The notes beneath the pieces are model-generated. The model ran no database searches. It was given only the letters and a program-made list of their open reading frames with translations, and had not been told where the DNA came from. Source: an uncultured Verrucomicrobiae bacterium (GTDB lineage: Bacteria; Verrucomicrobiota; Verrucomicrobiia; Chthoniobacterales; Chthoniobacteraceae). Taken from it: DNA of 64,000 bases. A program made the position numbers and the translations under genes. Positions 43,545 to 53,866 of this stretch are shown here, in pieces. The stretch's first letter is position 1, and each line of letters opens with the position of its first letter. The stretch lies in the NCBI GenBank assembly GCA_963769025.1, contig CAVYKI010000009.1, positions 1,292,015 through 1,356,014 on the forward strand, read 5' to 3'.

Positions 43545-44506
43545 AGCGGAGCACCTTTGAAAAGACGAACGCGAAGGCGTGGGACGAGCTCGATCACATC
43601 GTCAGCGAAATCGAGAAGCGCCGCGAGTCGCCCGACGCCGCGCGCGTACCCGCGCTCCTCCGGCAGGTGTGCGGCGACCTCTCGCTCGCACAGCAGCGGA
43701 TGTACGGGAGGCGGCTGTGCGACCGGCTGAATGCGCTCGTCATCTCCACCTACGGCCTCATGCGCCGCGCGAGTGCGCGCAGCGGCGAGCGGGCGCTGAA
43801 ATTCGTCACGGCCACCTTTCCCAGCGCGCTGCGCGCGGAATGGCGGCTGTTCTGGCTGAACATGGCGCTCTTCTGGGTGCCGATGTTCGCCTTCATCGCG
43901 GCCGCGCATTTTGATCCCCGCTGGATTTTCGCGATCATCACGCCATCCATGCAGGCGGACATGGATCAGATGTACAGCGCCGCCGCGCCCATCGAGGCCA
44001 TGCGGACGAAGTACGGCAGCGATTTCATGATGTGGGCCTTCTACATCCAGAACAACGTGGGCATCGGCTTCCGCATCTTCGCCGGCGGCGTCCTGCTCAC
44101 GCTCGGCGCGATCTTTTTCATCGGCTACAACGGCCTGCTCATCGGCGCCACCACCGGCTACATCCACTACGCGGGCCACACGCAGAATTTCTACCGTTTC
44201 GTCGTCGGCCATTCGTCGCTGGAGCTCATCGGGCTCATCATCTGCGGCGTCGCCGGGATGCGGCTCGGGCTCGCGATTTTGAAACCCGGCCGCCTCACGC
44301 GCCGCGACGCCCTGCGCAGCGCCGGACACCGCGCGTTGCCGCTGCTCACCGGCGGCTCGCTGATGATTTTCCTGGCCGCGTTCGTCGAGGGATTCTGGTC
44401 CGCGTCGCACGCTCCGGCATGGGCGAAATACACGGCCGGCATCACGCTCTGGGTCCTGCTCACGCTCTACCTTTTGCTCGCCGGGAGGAAAGCGGATGCA
44501 ACTTGA
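43541..44506 (+). CDS. Stage II sporulation protein M (SpoIIM/DUF95) family membrane protein
   Basis: YIQNNVGIGF, YNGLLIG, HSSLEL and AAFVEGFWS; ATGA overlap with the RDD gene. Confidence 0.88.
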   Translation: MKRSTFEKTNAKAWDELDHIVSEIEKRRESPDAARVPALLRQVCGDLSLAQQRMYGRRLCDRLNALVISTYGLMRRASARSGERALKFVTATFPSALRAEWRLFWLNMALFWVPMFAFIAAAHFDPRWIFAIITPSMQADMDQMYSAAAPIEAMRTKYGSDFMMWAFYIQNNVGIGFRIFAGGVLLTLGAIFFIGYNGLLIGATTGYIHYAGHTQNFYRFVVGHSSLELIGLIICGVAGMRLGLAILKPGRLTRRDALRSAGHRALPLLTGGSLMIFLAAFVEGFWSASHAPAWAKYTAGITLWVLLTLYLLLAGRKADAT

Positions 44507-45961
44507 AGACCTCACTGCGGAGGTGCGTCCGCGCAGCCATTGGGAAGCCGTGGATCTCGGGTTTGCGCTCGTGCGCCGCCATTTTCCGAGGCTGCTCGCC
44601 TCATGGCTCCTGTGCGTCGGGCCGCTCTGGGCCGCATTGCTGCTCCTCACGCGCTGGGTTCCGCCGGGACTGATCATTTTTGTGATCTGGTGGCTGAAGC
44701 CCGTGTATGGCCGCGTGATTCTGTTCCACCTCAGCCGCGCGCTGTTCGGTGCGACGCCGAAACTGCGCGACACGCTTCGCGCGTGGCCGGGACTGCTCCT
44801 CTCGCACCTGCCGTTCGCGCTGATCGGAGGCCGCCTCAGCACGCAGCGCGGCCTGCTGCTGCCCGTGCAGATGCTCGAGGGTTTGAAAGGGCGCGCGCGC
44901 AAGGAACGCAGCAAGGTCATCGCGCGCCACTCGGGGAGCACCGCATCGTCGCTCCTGTTTTGCTGCGCGGGCTATGAGCTGTTTCTCGCCGGCGCGTTCG
45001 TGTCGCTGCTCCTCATGATGCTGCCGGAGACCGCGACCTCGGAACTTTTCGAGTCGCTTCTCGACCTCGGCATTCTGCGCAACGGCATCCCTCCCGCCCT
45101 GCTCTGGTTCGCACTCGGGAGCTGGCTCGCGGCGATGACGCTGGTGGAGATTTTCTATATCGGCGGCAGCTTCGGCCTCTACCTGAACTGCCGCACCCAC
45201 CTCGAAGGCTGGGACGTCGAACTCACCTTCCGCCGCATCGGCAGGCGGCTCGCAGGCGTCGCCACAGCACTCGCGCTGCTGCTCTGCCTGCCTGCATCCG
45301 GCGCGGTGAAACGCGAAGATTCCACCGCGGTCGAAAAGGAAAAGGCGGACGCCCGTGCCGAGATTTCCACGGTGCTCGCGCACGAGGATTTCAAGATTCA
45401 CAAAATCAAAGTCCGCGTGCCGAAGGGCGGTGAAACGAGTTCGGGCGGTTCCAACTTCGGCGGGATTTTCAATGTCATCGGCTACGCGATCTTCTGGGCC
45501 GTCGTCGCCTTCGCTGTCTGGAAGCTCGTCGAATTCATCATCCGCAACCGGCATTTGCTCAAGCAACGTGCGCGCAAGGACGCCGCACCCGTGCCCGTGG
45601 CGAAATCCGTGATGGGTCTCGACCTCACGCCCGATTCGCTGCCGGCCGATGTGGTCCGCGCTGCGCGGGAAAAATGGGAGGCAGGCGACTTTCACGGCGC
45701 GCTGAGCCTGCTCTACCGCGGAGCGCTGAGCTGGCTGCTCGTCCACGCCGCACTGCCGGTGCGCGACAGCGACACCGAGGGCGACTGCCTGCGCCACACG
45801 CAAAACCTCCCGGATGCACCGCCGCGCGGAGTTACTTCGAAAAGCTCACCGTGCAGTGGATCGCCGCGGCGTATGGAAACCGCGCACCCGCGGAACCAAT
45901 CATGCACGCGCTTTTCGACGACTGGCCCTTCGGCGCTCGCACCGGGAGGAAATCACCATGA
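44496..45961 (+). CDS. Membrane protein with C-terminal DUF4129 domain (frameshift near 45825)
   Basis: VRPRSHWEAVDLG, YLNCRTHLEGWDVE, ALSLLYRGAL, TEGDCL and W..AAYG in ORF 45674..45961. Confidence 0.8.
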
Positions 45962-47077
45962 CGGCGGTCCGGCACTTCCTGGCGATCATCGCGGCATTCG
46001 CGCTCCTCGGCTGCAGCGGCGAGGAGGTCGAGATCGAAACCGGCCACCGTGGAAAGGCGCGGCGCGATCCCTTCCTCGCCGCCGAGCGCTTCCTCGCGGA
46101 AAACGACTTCGACGTCTCCACGCACACGTGGCTCGGCGAAGGCCTGCCGGAAGGCGCGACGCTCATCGCCACCGCACAGTCCTTCGGCAACCGCGGCACG
46201 ACCGACACCGTCCTCGACTGGGTCTCGCGCGGCGGGAACCTGCTGCTGCTCCTCGATGGCGGCGAGACTTTCCGCGGCGACTGGGATCCCGACCGCCCTG
46301 ACCGCGGCACGCGCTCGCAGCCCGAGCGTGCGGAACTCCTGGAAAAGCTCGGCATCGACAAGGTCACGGGCGGCGGCGGCGAGCTGACGGCAAAGCTCGG
46401 CGACAGTTCCGCCCCGGTGAAGCATCCCCGCGCGCTTCACGTGGCAAAAGGACCGCGCGCCGGGCCGCATCGATATCACCGCCGCCGACGGAAACTCGCT
46501 TGCCCTCGCCAGTTTCCGCAGCGGCAACGGGCGCATCTCGATCGCCGCGCACGCCGAGCCGTTTCGCAACCGCCGCCTCGGCGACGGCGACAACGCGTGG
46601 CTGCTGCTCCGCCTCGTCGGCAACCCGCGCGACGGCGAAGTGTGGATCCTGAACGGCGTGAAGGTCTCCTTCTTTGCGATGCTCTGGGAACACGGCTGGA
46701 TGGCGATCATCGCCGCCGGCGCGCTGCTCGCGGCGTGGCTGTGGAAATACCTGCCGCGCTTCGGCCCGCTGCAGGCCGCGAAGGACACGGGCACGCGCGA
46801 TTTCGCCGAGCATCTCTCGCTCACCGGCGCATTTCTCTGGCGGCACCGCCAGCGCGCGCAGCTCATCGGGCCGCTGCGCGAAACGGTCACACGCGGCGCC
46901 GTCCGCCGCGGACTGCTGCGGAACGATCCCGAGTTTCCCGAAAAGCTCGCGGCCTTCGCGCAGATGGACGCGCTGCGTGTCCGCGCCGCGCTGCTCAGCG
47001 AGAACATCGGCGACCCGCGCACTTTTCTCCGCGCCATCCAGGACCTCCGCCAGCTCCACGACAAGGTCAGCGCCTGA
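45958..47077 (+). CDS. DUF4350 domain protein, putative lipoprotein (frameshift near 46430-46460)
   Basis: ALLGC lipobox, DPFLAAERFL, LDWVSRGGNLLL, FRN..LGDGDNA and RFGP. Confidence 0.75.
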
Positions 47078-47118
47078 CCGCAGCCCCCACTTTTCAAACT
47101 CCCGACACCGCACACACC

Positions 47119-48099
47119 ATGGAAACGAACACCGACGCCAATCCCCAGCAGCCATTCGAACACGCGACCGCGATCGTCGCCGCCATCCGCGCGGAGGTGA
47201 CGAAGGTCTTCGTCGGCCAGACCGCGATTCTCGACCAGGTGCTCGCCGCGTTCCTCGCGGGCGGCCACGTGCTGCTCGAGGGCAAGCCCGGCCTCGGCAA
47301 GACGCATCTCGTGCTCGCGCTCGCAAAGACGTTCGGCGGCAATTTCCGGCGCATCCAGTTCACGCCGGACCTCATGCCGAGCGACGTCACCGGCCACACG
47401 CTCTACGACATGGGCGCGCAGCAGTTCCGGCTGCGGCGCGGGCCGGTCTTCACGAATCTCCTGCTCGCCGACGAAATCAACCGCGCGCCCGCAAAGACAC
47501 AGGCCGCGCTGCTGGAGGTGATGCAGGAAGTGCAGGTGACCATCGACGGCGAGAGCCACGCGCTGCCGCCGCCATTCATGACGCTCGCGACGCAGAACCC
47601 CATCGAGCAGGAAGGCACGTATCCGCTGCCCGAGGCGCAGCTCGATCGGTTCCTCATGAAGGTGCTCATCGAGTATCCCGAAAAGGACGACGAGGAGCGC
47701 ATCGTCGGCGAACTGCTGAACGGCAGCGGCCTCCGCATCCCCGACCTTGCGCACGTCTGCACCGTCGAGGACATCCTCGCCGTGCAGCAGACCGTCGCCT
47801 CCACGCAGGTGATGCACGAGGTGATCGCCTACGCCGTGCGCCTCGTCCGCGCGACACGCGAGACGCAGGGCATCGCGCTGGGCGCCGGGACGCGCGGCGC
47901 GATCAGCCTCGTGCGCGTGGCAAAGTCGTTCGCCGTGATGCAGGGCCGCAACTTCGTGACGCCGGACGACATCAAGAGCGCCGCGCTCCCCGTGCTGCGG
48001 CATCGCATCGCCATCGCGCCGGAGCTCGCCATCAGCGGGCAGAATCTCGACGACATGCTCACGGCCATCATCAGCACCACCGAGGCGCCGCGCCGATGA
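47119..48099 (+). CDS. moxR: MoxR family AAA+ ATPase
   Basis: GHVLLEGKPGLGKT, RIQFTPDLMPSD, LLADEINR and ATQNPIEQEGTYPLPEAQLDRF. Confidence 0.96.
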   Translation: METNTDANPQQPFEHATAIVAAIRAEVTKVFVGQTAILDQVLAAFLAGGHVLLEGKPGLGKTHLVLALAKTFGGNFRRIQFTPDLMPSDVTGHTLYDMGAQQFRLRRGPVFTNLLLADEINRAPAKTQAALLEVMQEVQVTIDGESHALPPPFMTLATQNPIEQEGTYPLPEAQLDRFLMKVLIEYPEKDDEERIVGELLNGSGLRIPDLAHVCTVEDILAVQQTVASTQVMHEVIAYAVRLVRATRETQGIALGAGTRGAISLVRVAKSFAVMQGRNFVTPDDIKSAALPVLRHRIAIAPELAISGQNLDDMLTAIISTTEAPRR

Positions 48100-49400
48100 T
48101 TCCGACGCGGCGCACCATGCGGCTGCTGGCGTTCTGGGTCGTGCTGGGAATCGGCGCGTCCGTGTGGAGCCGTTTCAGCGTGCTGTGGCTCGGTGCCCTC
48201 GCGCTGCTCCTGCCCGCGATGCTCGTGGATGCGCTGCTGCTGTTCCGCCTGAAACCGATCACGGTGACGCGCAAGCTGCCCGGCCGTTTCGCCGTCGGCG
48301 TCGCGAGGGAAATTGCGGTCACGCTCAGGAATCCGAATGCGCGCGCGCTCGTGCTGGAGTTTTTCGAGGGCCTGCCGGAAACCATCGAAAGCGCGCAGCT
48401 CCCGTGGCGCGGCGACGTGCCGGGACACGGCTTCACCGAAGTGCGCTACGAGGTGACGCCGCTCGCGCGCGGGCCGTTCACTTTCACCGGCAGCCATCTG
48501 CGCGTGGAATCGCCGCTCGGCCTCTGGCAGCGCCGGCTGCGCTCCGGCGGGGCCGCGGAGGTGAAGGTGTATCCGAACTACGAACCCGTCGTCCGCTACA
48601 CGCTGCTCGCGATGAGCAATCGCCTGAGCCAGATGGGCATCGTCTCGAAGAACCGCGCGGGACAGAGCCGCGAATTCCATCAGCTCCGCGAATACATGGA
48701 CGGCGACGTCCTTTCGCAGGTGGACTGGAAGGCGACCGCGCGCAGCGGCCATCTCATCTCGCGCGAGTATCGCGAACAGCGCGACCAGACCATCGTCTTC
48801 ATGCTCGATTGCGGACGGCGGATGCGCGCCATCGACGGGGCGCTTCCGCAGTTCGACCACTGCCTGAACGCCGCGCTGCTGCTCAGCTACATCGCGCTGC
48901 GGCAGGGCGACCGCATCGGCGTGATGGGCTTTGGCGGCACGGAACGCTGGCTGCCGCCCGTGAAGGGCCAGCACTCGATGAGCACCGTCCTGAACCACCT
49001 CTACGACTACCGCAGCAGTTCCGCGTCGAGCGATTTCACCGAGGCCGCCGAGCGGCTCATGGCCGTGCAGCGCCGCCGCGCGCTCGTCGTGCTGCTCACG
49101 AATCTCCGCTCCGAGGACAGCGCGCACCTTCTCCCGCCGCTGCGGCTGCTGCGCCGCAGGCACCTCGTCGTCGTCGCCAGCATGCGCGAGCAAAATGTCA
49201 CCGACCGGCTCCGCGAACCCGTCGTGCGGTTCGAGGACGCGCTCTTCACCGCCGCCGGCCACGGGTATTTTGCGGAGCGGGAAAATTTCCTGGCAAACCT
49301 CCGCGACCACGGGGTGATGGCGCTCGACGAAACCGCCGCGAGCCTGCCCGCCGCGCTCGCAAACGCCTACCACGACATCAAGCGCCGCGGCGCGCTGTGA
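48096..49400 (+). CDS. DUF58 domain (vWA-like) protein
   Basis: EFHQLREY, VDWKATAR and LDCGRRM; ATGA overlap with moxR. Confidence 0.92.
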   Translation: MIPTRRTMRLLAFWVVLGIGASVWSRFSVLWLGALALLLPAMLVDALLLFRLKPITVTRKLPGRFAVGVAREIAVTLRNPNARALVLEFFEGLPETIESAQLPWRGDVPGHGFTEVRYEVTPLARGPFTFTGSHLRVESPLGLWQRRLRSGGAAEVKVYPNYEPVVRYTLLAMSNRLSQMGIVSKNRAGQSREFHQLREYMDGDVLSQVDWKATARSGHLISREYREQRDQTIVFMLDCGRRMRAIDGALPQFDHCLNAALLLSYIALRQGDRIGVMGFGGTERWLPPVKGQHSMSTVLNHLYDYRSSSASSDFTEAAERLMAVQRRRALVVLLTNLRSEDSAHLLPPLRLLRRRHLVVVASMREQNVTDRLREPVVRFEDALFTAAGHGYFAERENFLANLRDHGVMALDETAASLPAALANAYHDIKRRGAL

Positions 49401-49448
49401 GCTGCGCCGCGTGCGCTTGCATCCACCCTCTCCGGCGCATACGCCGGA

Positions 49449-50208
49449 ATGAGCCACCAACGCATGCCCCGAACCATCCGCTGCCTCCTCGTCATTCTCC
49501 CGCTCGCGCTTTTTGCCGGATGCGGGACAGTGTCGCCGTTGCCGGGAGGCAAGGTCAGCGTGAACCGCGACACATGGGGGCACCGCCCGGGCGCGCGCGG
49601 ATTTTCCACGGTCATCCTCGACGCCGGGCATGGCGGAAAGGATCAGGGCGCGACGAGCCGCGCACTGGGACTGAAGGAGAAGGACCTCGCGCTCGAAATG
49701 GTGAAGCGGGTCCGGAGCGAACTCAGCGGCAGCGTGCGCACGGTGCTGACGCGGAGTTCCGATGTGTTCGTGGAACTGGAAGATCGCGTCGCCATGGTCA
49801 ACCGCCGCAGCGACGCGATCCTCGTGAGCATCCACTTCAATTCCGGCCGTTCGAGGATCGCAGGGCCCGAGGTCTATTATTGGCGCGTGGACAGCTACTC
49901 GCTCGGCAAGCGCATCCAGGCCGCGCTTTCACGCGTCGCGCCGGATGAGAATGGCAACCGCGGCCTCGTCCGCCGCCGACTGCGCCTCACGCGCAATCCC
50001 GAGCTCGCCTGCGTGCTCGTCGAGTGCGGCTACCTCAGCAACCGCAGCGAGGCGCAACGCATCGCCGGTTCCTACTACCGTGCGCGCCTCGCCAAGGCGA
50101 TCGCCGGTGCGATTCTCGACTCAGCGTGCCGAGGGCGACGGAGGCGTCGGCACGCTGCCCAAGCCAATCTACGCCCCGCGGAGCAAATCCACCGACCGCC
50201 GCCAATAG
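49449..50208 (+). CDS. N-acetylmuramoyl-L-alanine amidase (Amidase_3), lipoprotein; C-terminal frameshift
   Basis: LFAGC lipobox, VILDAGHGG, EKDL, VSIHFN and LVECGYLSN. Confidence 0.9.
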
Positions 50209-50298
50209 CTGCGGAAGAGTGAGCGGATAGGGCTTTGCGTCCACTGCCGGATCGTCTAGGCAACCCGCCTGCGCAATCGCGAAGTCCGTTGCGCGCCG

Positions 50299-50856
50299 AT
50301 GCAAGCCGAAGTCTTTTTCATCTACCACAACGGAGAACAGCGGGGCCCCTTCACTGCGGCCCAGGTGAACCATTGGCACCGTTGCGGATTCATCGACGAC
50401 GACACGCTTTACTGGCGCGAGGGCCTGGAGCAATGGCAGCCGGTCGGGCAGATCGTCCTCCGCCGCAAACGCAGGAACCGCCTGCTTTTCTGGTTCATTC
50501 TCCTCGGCGCGCTCCTCGTCATCGCGCCGCTTGTCATGCTCTTCGGGCCGGTCACCGCGGATGCATGGCGTGAACTGACCAGCGGCGAACTTACCGAAGA
50601 GTCCGCGTGGTGGCGGGCCCGCGGCCTCGTCCGCGATCAGCTTCCGAAGGGCACGCAGGTCCGCTTCGATCCGTTCTCCACGGCACAGGTGACGCTGCAA
50701 GGCCGCGAAAGCGCGACCGTCATCCTCGGCGGCACGCTCACCCGCTCCGCCGGACCTTCCGAACATGGCGCCTGGCGCGTATTGCTCCGCTACGACGAGG
50801 GCCACGGCATTTGGGTTCCCGCGCCAAAGGCTGCCGCGTCGCCGCCTCCTCGGTGA
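50299..50856 (+). CDS. GYF_2 (DUF4339) domain membrane protein
   Basis: NGEQRGPF...TLYWREGLEQWQP followed by one transmembrane helix. Confidence 0.8.
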   Translation: MQAEVFFIYHNGEQRGPFTAAQVNHWHRCGFIDDDTLYWREGLEQWQPVGQIVLRRKRRNRLLFWFILLGALLVIAPLVMLFGPVTADAWRELTSGELTEESAWWRARGLVRDQLPKGTQVRFDPFSTAQVTLQGRESATVILGGTLTRSAGPSEHGAWRVLLRYDEGHGIWVPAPKAAASPPPR

Positions 50857-50912
50857 CCGCGGCACGGCGGCGCTTGCCATCGCTGTGCCGCCGCAGTCTA
50901 TTTCGCGCCCCC

Positions 50913-51770
50913 ATGAATCGCCTCCTCCTGCTCATCGCCCTCACCGCGACCGCCGCCGCCCAGCGCGTCGCAGTCCCCGCTGGCGCGAGTCTCGGCGAAA
51001 GTGAGGCGCAGAAAATCGAGGAGAAGATTGCGACCGTCCGCCGCGATCTTCTTTCCAAGTACGAAACGCAGCTCGGCGAGCTGCAGCTCGCCTTGCAAAA
51101 GCTCGCCGACCTCGAAGGCGCACTCGCGGTCCGCGACGAACGGACCCGGGTGCATACCGAGCAGACGCTCTCGGACAAGAACCTCGTCTCGGATCCGAAA
51201 TCGCTCCGCACACTCCAGCAGACCACGGTGTCCAAGATGAACGAGTTGGTCGCGGGCACCGTCGCGGAGTCGCTGCCAAAGCTCGTCGATCTCAAGAAGC
51301 AGCTCACGGTGGATGGCCGTCTCGACGACGCGTTTGCCGTGAAGCAGGCCATCGAACGCCTGCAGAATGCGAACGTGCCGATCGTCCGCGCCGACGCCGG
51401 CAGCATCGTCCCTGCCGAAATTCTCCTCCGCGCGTACAGCGCCGACCGGTCGCGCGCCGACAAGACCTACAAGGGCGTCCGCATCGCCGTGCGCGGCGTG
51501 AATGCGGGCTACAAGCTGGATCCCGACAATGGGAAAAATCTCCTCGTCTTCCTCACCGGCGGCACCTCCGCAGGCTGGGTGCAGTGCTCGTTCAGCCTCG
51601 CCCAGTGGCGCTACCGCGAAGACCGCTCCACCTCGGCGAGCGTCCTCGTCCTCATCCCGAAGGACGGCACCGAGGTGCGCATCGCAAAAGGCCAGCCGAT
51701 CGACATCCTCGGCGACTGCACCGGCTGGGATGAAATGGTGAAGCTGACGAAGTGCGACGTGCCGCGGTAG
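50913..51770 (+). CDS. Secreted protein, helical N-terminus + OB-fold (tRNA_anti-like) C-terminus
   Basis: Signal peptide; the LLRAY..D...ADKTYKG.RIAVRG pattern resembles the tRNA_anti-like family. Confidence 0.6.
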   Translation: MNRLLLLIALTATAAAQRVAVPAGASLGESEAQKIEEKIATVRRDLLSKYETQLGELQLALQKLADLEGALAVRDERTRVHTEQTLSDKNLVSDPKSLRTLQQTTVSKMNELVAGTVAESLPKLVDLKKQLTVDGRLDDAFAVKQAIERLQNANVPIVRADAGSIVPAEILLRAYSADRSRADKTYKGVRIAVRGVNAGYKLDPDNGKNLLVFLTGGTSAGWVQCSFSLAQWRYREDRSTSASVLVLIPKDGTEVRIAKGQPIDILGDCTGWDEMVKLTKCDVPR

Positions 51771-51779
51771 CGGCGAGGT

Positions 51780-52589
51780 TCAGCGAGGCGCCCGCACCGC
51801 ATCCCCGAGCGGCTTCACGAAGGCGGCGACCTTCTCCACCAGCTTCGGGTCGCTGCCAAATTCCGCGATGCGCTTCACGATCGCGCTGCCGACCACCACG
51901 GCATCCGCGGCAGCCGCGACCGCGCGCACCTGCTCCGGCGTACCGATTCCGAAGCCGACCGAGATGGGAAGCGGAGTCGTCCTTTTGATCTCCGCCACAC
52001 GCTCCGCGAGCCCGGCCACGACATCGCTCCGCTCGCCGGTCACACCTTCGCGCGACACGTAATAGATGAAGCCGCCCGCGTCCCGCGTGAGCAGCGCGAT
52101 GCGCTCGGGCGGCGTGGTCGGCGCGATGAGCCGGATCCGTTTCAGCGGCCCGTGCATGCGCAATTCCGGCGAGGCCTCATCCTCATCCGGCGGGAGGTCG
52201 AGAAAGAGCACGCCATCCACGCCTGCGGCCTCGGCGTCGGCGAGGAATGCATCGAACCCGTGGCGATAGACGGGATTCATGTAGGTGTAAAAGACGATTG
52301 GAATCTGGCTCTCCTTCCGGATGGCACGCACGCATTCGAGCACGCCGTTCAGCGTCGTGCCGCTGGCGAGCGCGCGAGCGCTTGCGAGCTGGTTTACCAC
52401 GCCGTCGGCGAGCGGGTCGCTGAAAGGGACTCCTAGCTCGATGATGTCCACGCCCGCGCGTTCGAGCGCCGGGACGAGCGCGCGCGTCGCGGCGAGATCC
52501 GGGTCTCCCGCACAAATGTAGGCGATGAACCCTGCGCGCCCCTCGGAGCGCAGCCGGGCAAAGGTGGAATCGATGCGGTTTTCGGACAT
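51780..52589 (-). CDS. trpA: Tryptophan synthase alpha chain
   Basis: YICAGDP, ELGVPFSDPLADG, GFIYYVSREGVTG, VGFGI and VVVGSA. Confidence 0.96.
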   Translation of the reverse strand: MSENRIDSTFARLRSEGRAGFIAYICAGDPDLAATRALVPALERAGVDIIELGVPFSDPLADGVVNQLASARALASGTTLNGVLECVRAIRKESQIPIVFYTYMNPVYRHGFDAFLADAEAAGVDGVLFLDLPPDEDEASPELRMHGPLKRIRLIAPTTPPERIALLTRDAGGFIYYVSREGVTGERSDVVAGLAERVAEIKRTTPLPISVGFGIGTPEQVRAVAAAADAVVVGSAIVKRIAEFGSDPKLVEKVAAFVKPLGDAVRAPR

Positions 52590-52712
52590 GAAAAGGGACG
52601 ACAGGATGGACAGGAACGCCTCGATTGACAGAAATTTCCCGTCGCGCCGCTTCCCCCGCGCCACGGGCAAAAGCCTGTTCATCGCCGCATTCCCGACTAA
52701 AGAAACCCACGC

Positions 52713-53369
52713 ATGCCGGCCGCACCGACGCTCAAAATCAACGAAGTCTATGAATCCATCCAGGGCGAGAGCACCTGGGCGGGCTGGCGCTGCGTCTTCG
52801 TGCGGCTGACGGCGTGCGACCTCCGCTGCACCTACTGCGACACGGAATACGCCTTCTACGAGGGCAAGAAGCGCACGCTCGATGACATCCTCGCCGAGGT
52901 GCTCGCATTCGACTGCCCGCTCGTCGAGATCACCGGCGGCGAACCGCTGCTGCAAAGGAACGTCCTCCCGCTCATGACCGCGCTTTGCGATGCGGGCAAG
53001 ACGGTGCTCATCGAGACCAGCGGCGCGCATGACATTTCCAAAATCGATCCCCGCGTGCATCGCATCATGGATCTCAAGACGCCCGGCAGCGGCGAGTGCG
53101 AGCGCAACCTGTGGAGCAACATCCCGCACCTCGAAAAGCGCGACGAGGTGAAGTTCGTCATCGGCTCGCGCGAGGACTACGAATGGTCCCGCACGCAGGT
53201 GCGCGAGCATGGCCTCGACGTGCGCTGCGCGAGCGTCCTCTTCTCGCCGATCTTCGGCCGCATCGAGCCGCGGCAGATCGTGGACTGGATCGTCGAGGAC
53301 AAGCTGCCCGTGCGTTTCCAGCTCCAGATGCACAAGTTCATCTGGGACCCGAAACAGAAGGGTGTCTGA
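52713..53369 (+). CDS. queE: 7-carboxy-7-deazaguanine synthase (radical SAM)
   Basis: SIQGES, CDLRCTYCDT, TGGEPL, IETSG and QLQMHK. Confidence 0.92.
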   Translation: MPAAPTLKINEVYESIQGESTWAGWRCVFVRLTACDLRCTYCDTEYAFYEGKKRTLDDILAEVLAFDCPLVEITGGEPLLQRNVLPLMTALCDAGKTVLIETSGAHDISKIDPRVHRIMDLKTPGSGECERNLWSNIPHLEKRDEVKFVIGSREDYEWSRTQVREHGLDVRCASVLFSPIFGRIEPRQIVDWIVEDKLPVRFQLQMHKFIWDPKQKGV

Positions 53370-53372
53370 GGA

Positions 53373-53459
53373 ATTGCGGATTGCAGATTGCGGATTGCGG
53401 ATTGAGTGTCCGCGCCCGGAATTCCCAACCCGCACGCCGCAATCCCAAAATCCGCCATC
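53373..53459. repeat. Heptamer tandem repeats (ATTGCGG)x4 with a degenerate inverted arm
   Basis: ATTGCGG ATTGCAG ATTGCGG ATTGCGG at 53373-53400; CCGCAAT-like units at about 53423-53459. Confidence 0.75.
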
Positions 53460-53822
53460 ATGAAGGTCCGCCTCACCAAAGACTTCCTCTTCGAAGCCGC
53501 GCAAACGCTCCCGTGCGCCCCCGAGGGCCACAAGTGCCGGAAGATGCACGGGCACAGCTTCAAGCTTGAGGTCTCAGTCGAGGGCGAGACGGATCCGAAG
53601 ACCGGCTGGTTCTACGACCATGCGGAAATGTCCCGCGCGATGAAGCCGCTGCTCGCCGTGCTCGACCACGGCTACCTGAACGAAATCCCAGGGCTCGAGA
53701 ATCCGACGATCGAAAACATGTGCGCGTGGTTCTGGCAGAAGCTCTCCCCGCAGCTCCCCGGCCTCGCGGAAATCGTGGTCCATGAAACCCCGAGCGCGCG
53801 CTGCTCCTACCGCGGCGGCTGA
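53460..53822 (+). CDS. queD: 6-carboxytetrahydropterin synthase
   Basis: FEAAQTLP, HKCRKMHGHSF, LDHGYLN, ENPTIEN and HETP. Confidence 0.93.
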   Translation: MKVRLTKDFLFEAAQTLPCAPEGHKCRKMHGHSFKLEVSVEGETDPKTGWFYDHAEMSRAMKPLLAVLDHGYLNEIPGLENPTIENMCAWFWQKLSPQLPGLAEIVVHETPSARCSYRGG

Positions 53823-53866
53823 TGAAACGCTTGGCAAGCCCCGCCCACCGGCTACTTTTCCACCCG

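Noticed and set aside
45814..49400. Apparent DUF4350-MoxR (761 aa) and 908-aa DUF58 fusions
   Set aside because: Artefacts of a frameshift and of open upstream frames; each gene has its own start (47119, 48096).
51780..53555. 591-aa extended TrpA
   Set aside because: The extension is antisense to queE/queD; the real start is 52589.
52713..53822. queE-queD as part of a 7-deazaguanine DNA-modification (dpd) island
   Set aside because: No dpdA/tgt-like or other dpd genes are nearby; the housekeeping context fits ordinary queuosine synthesis.
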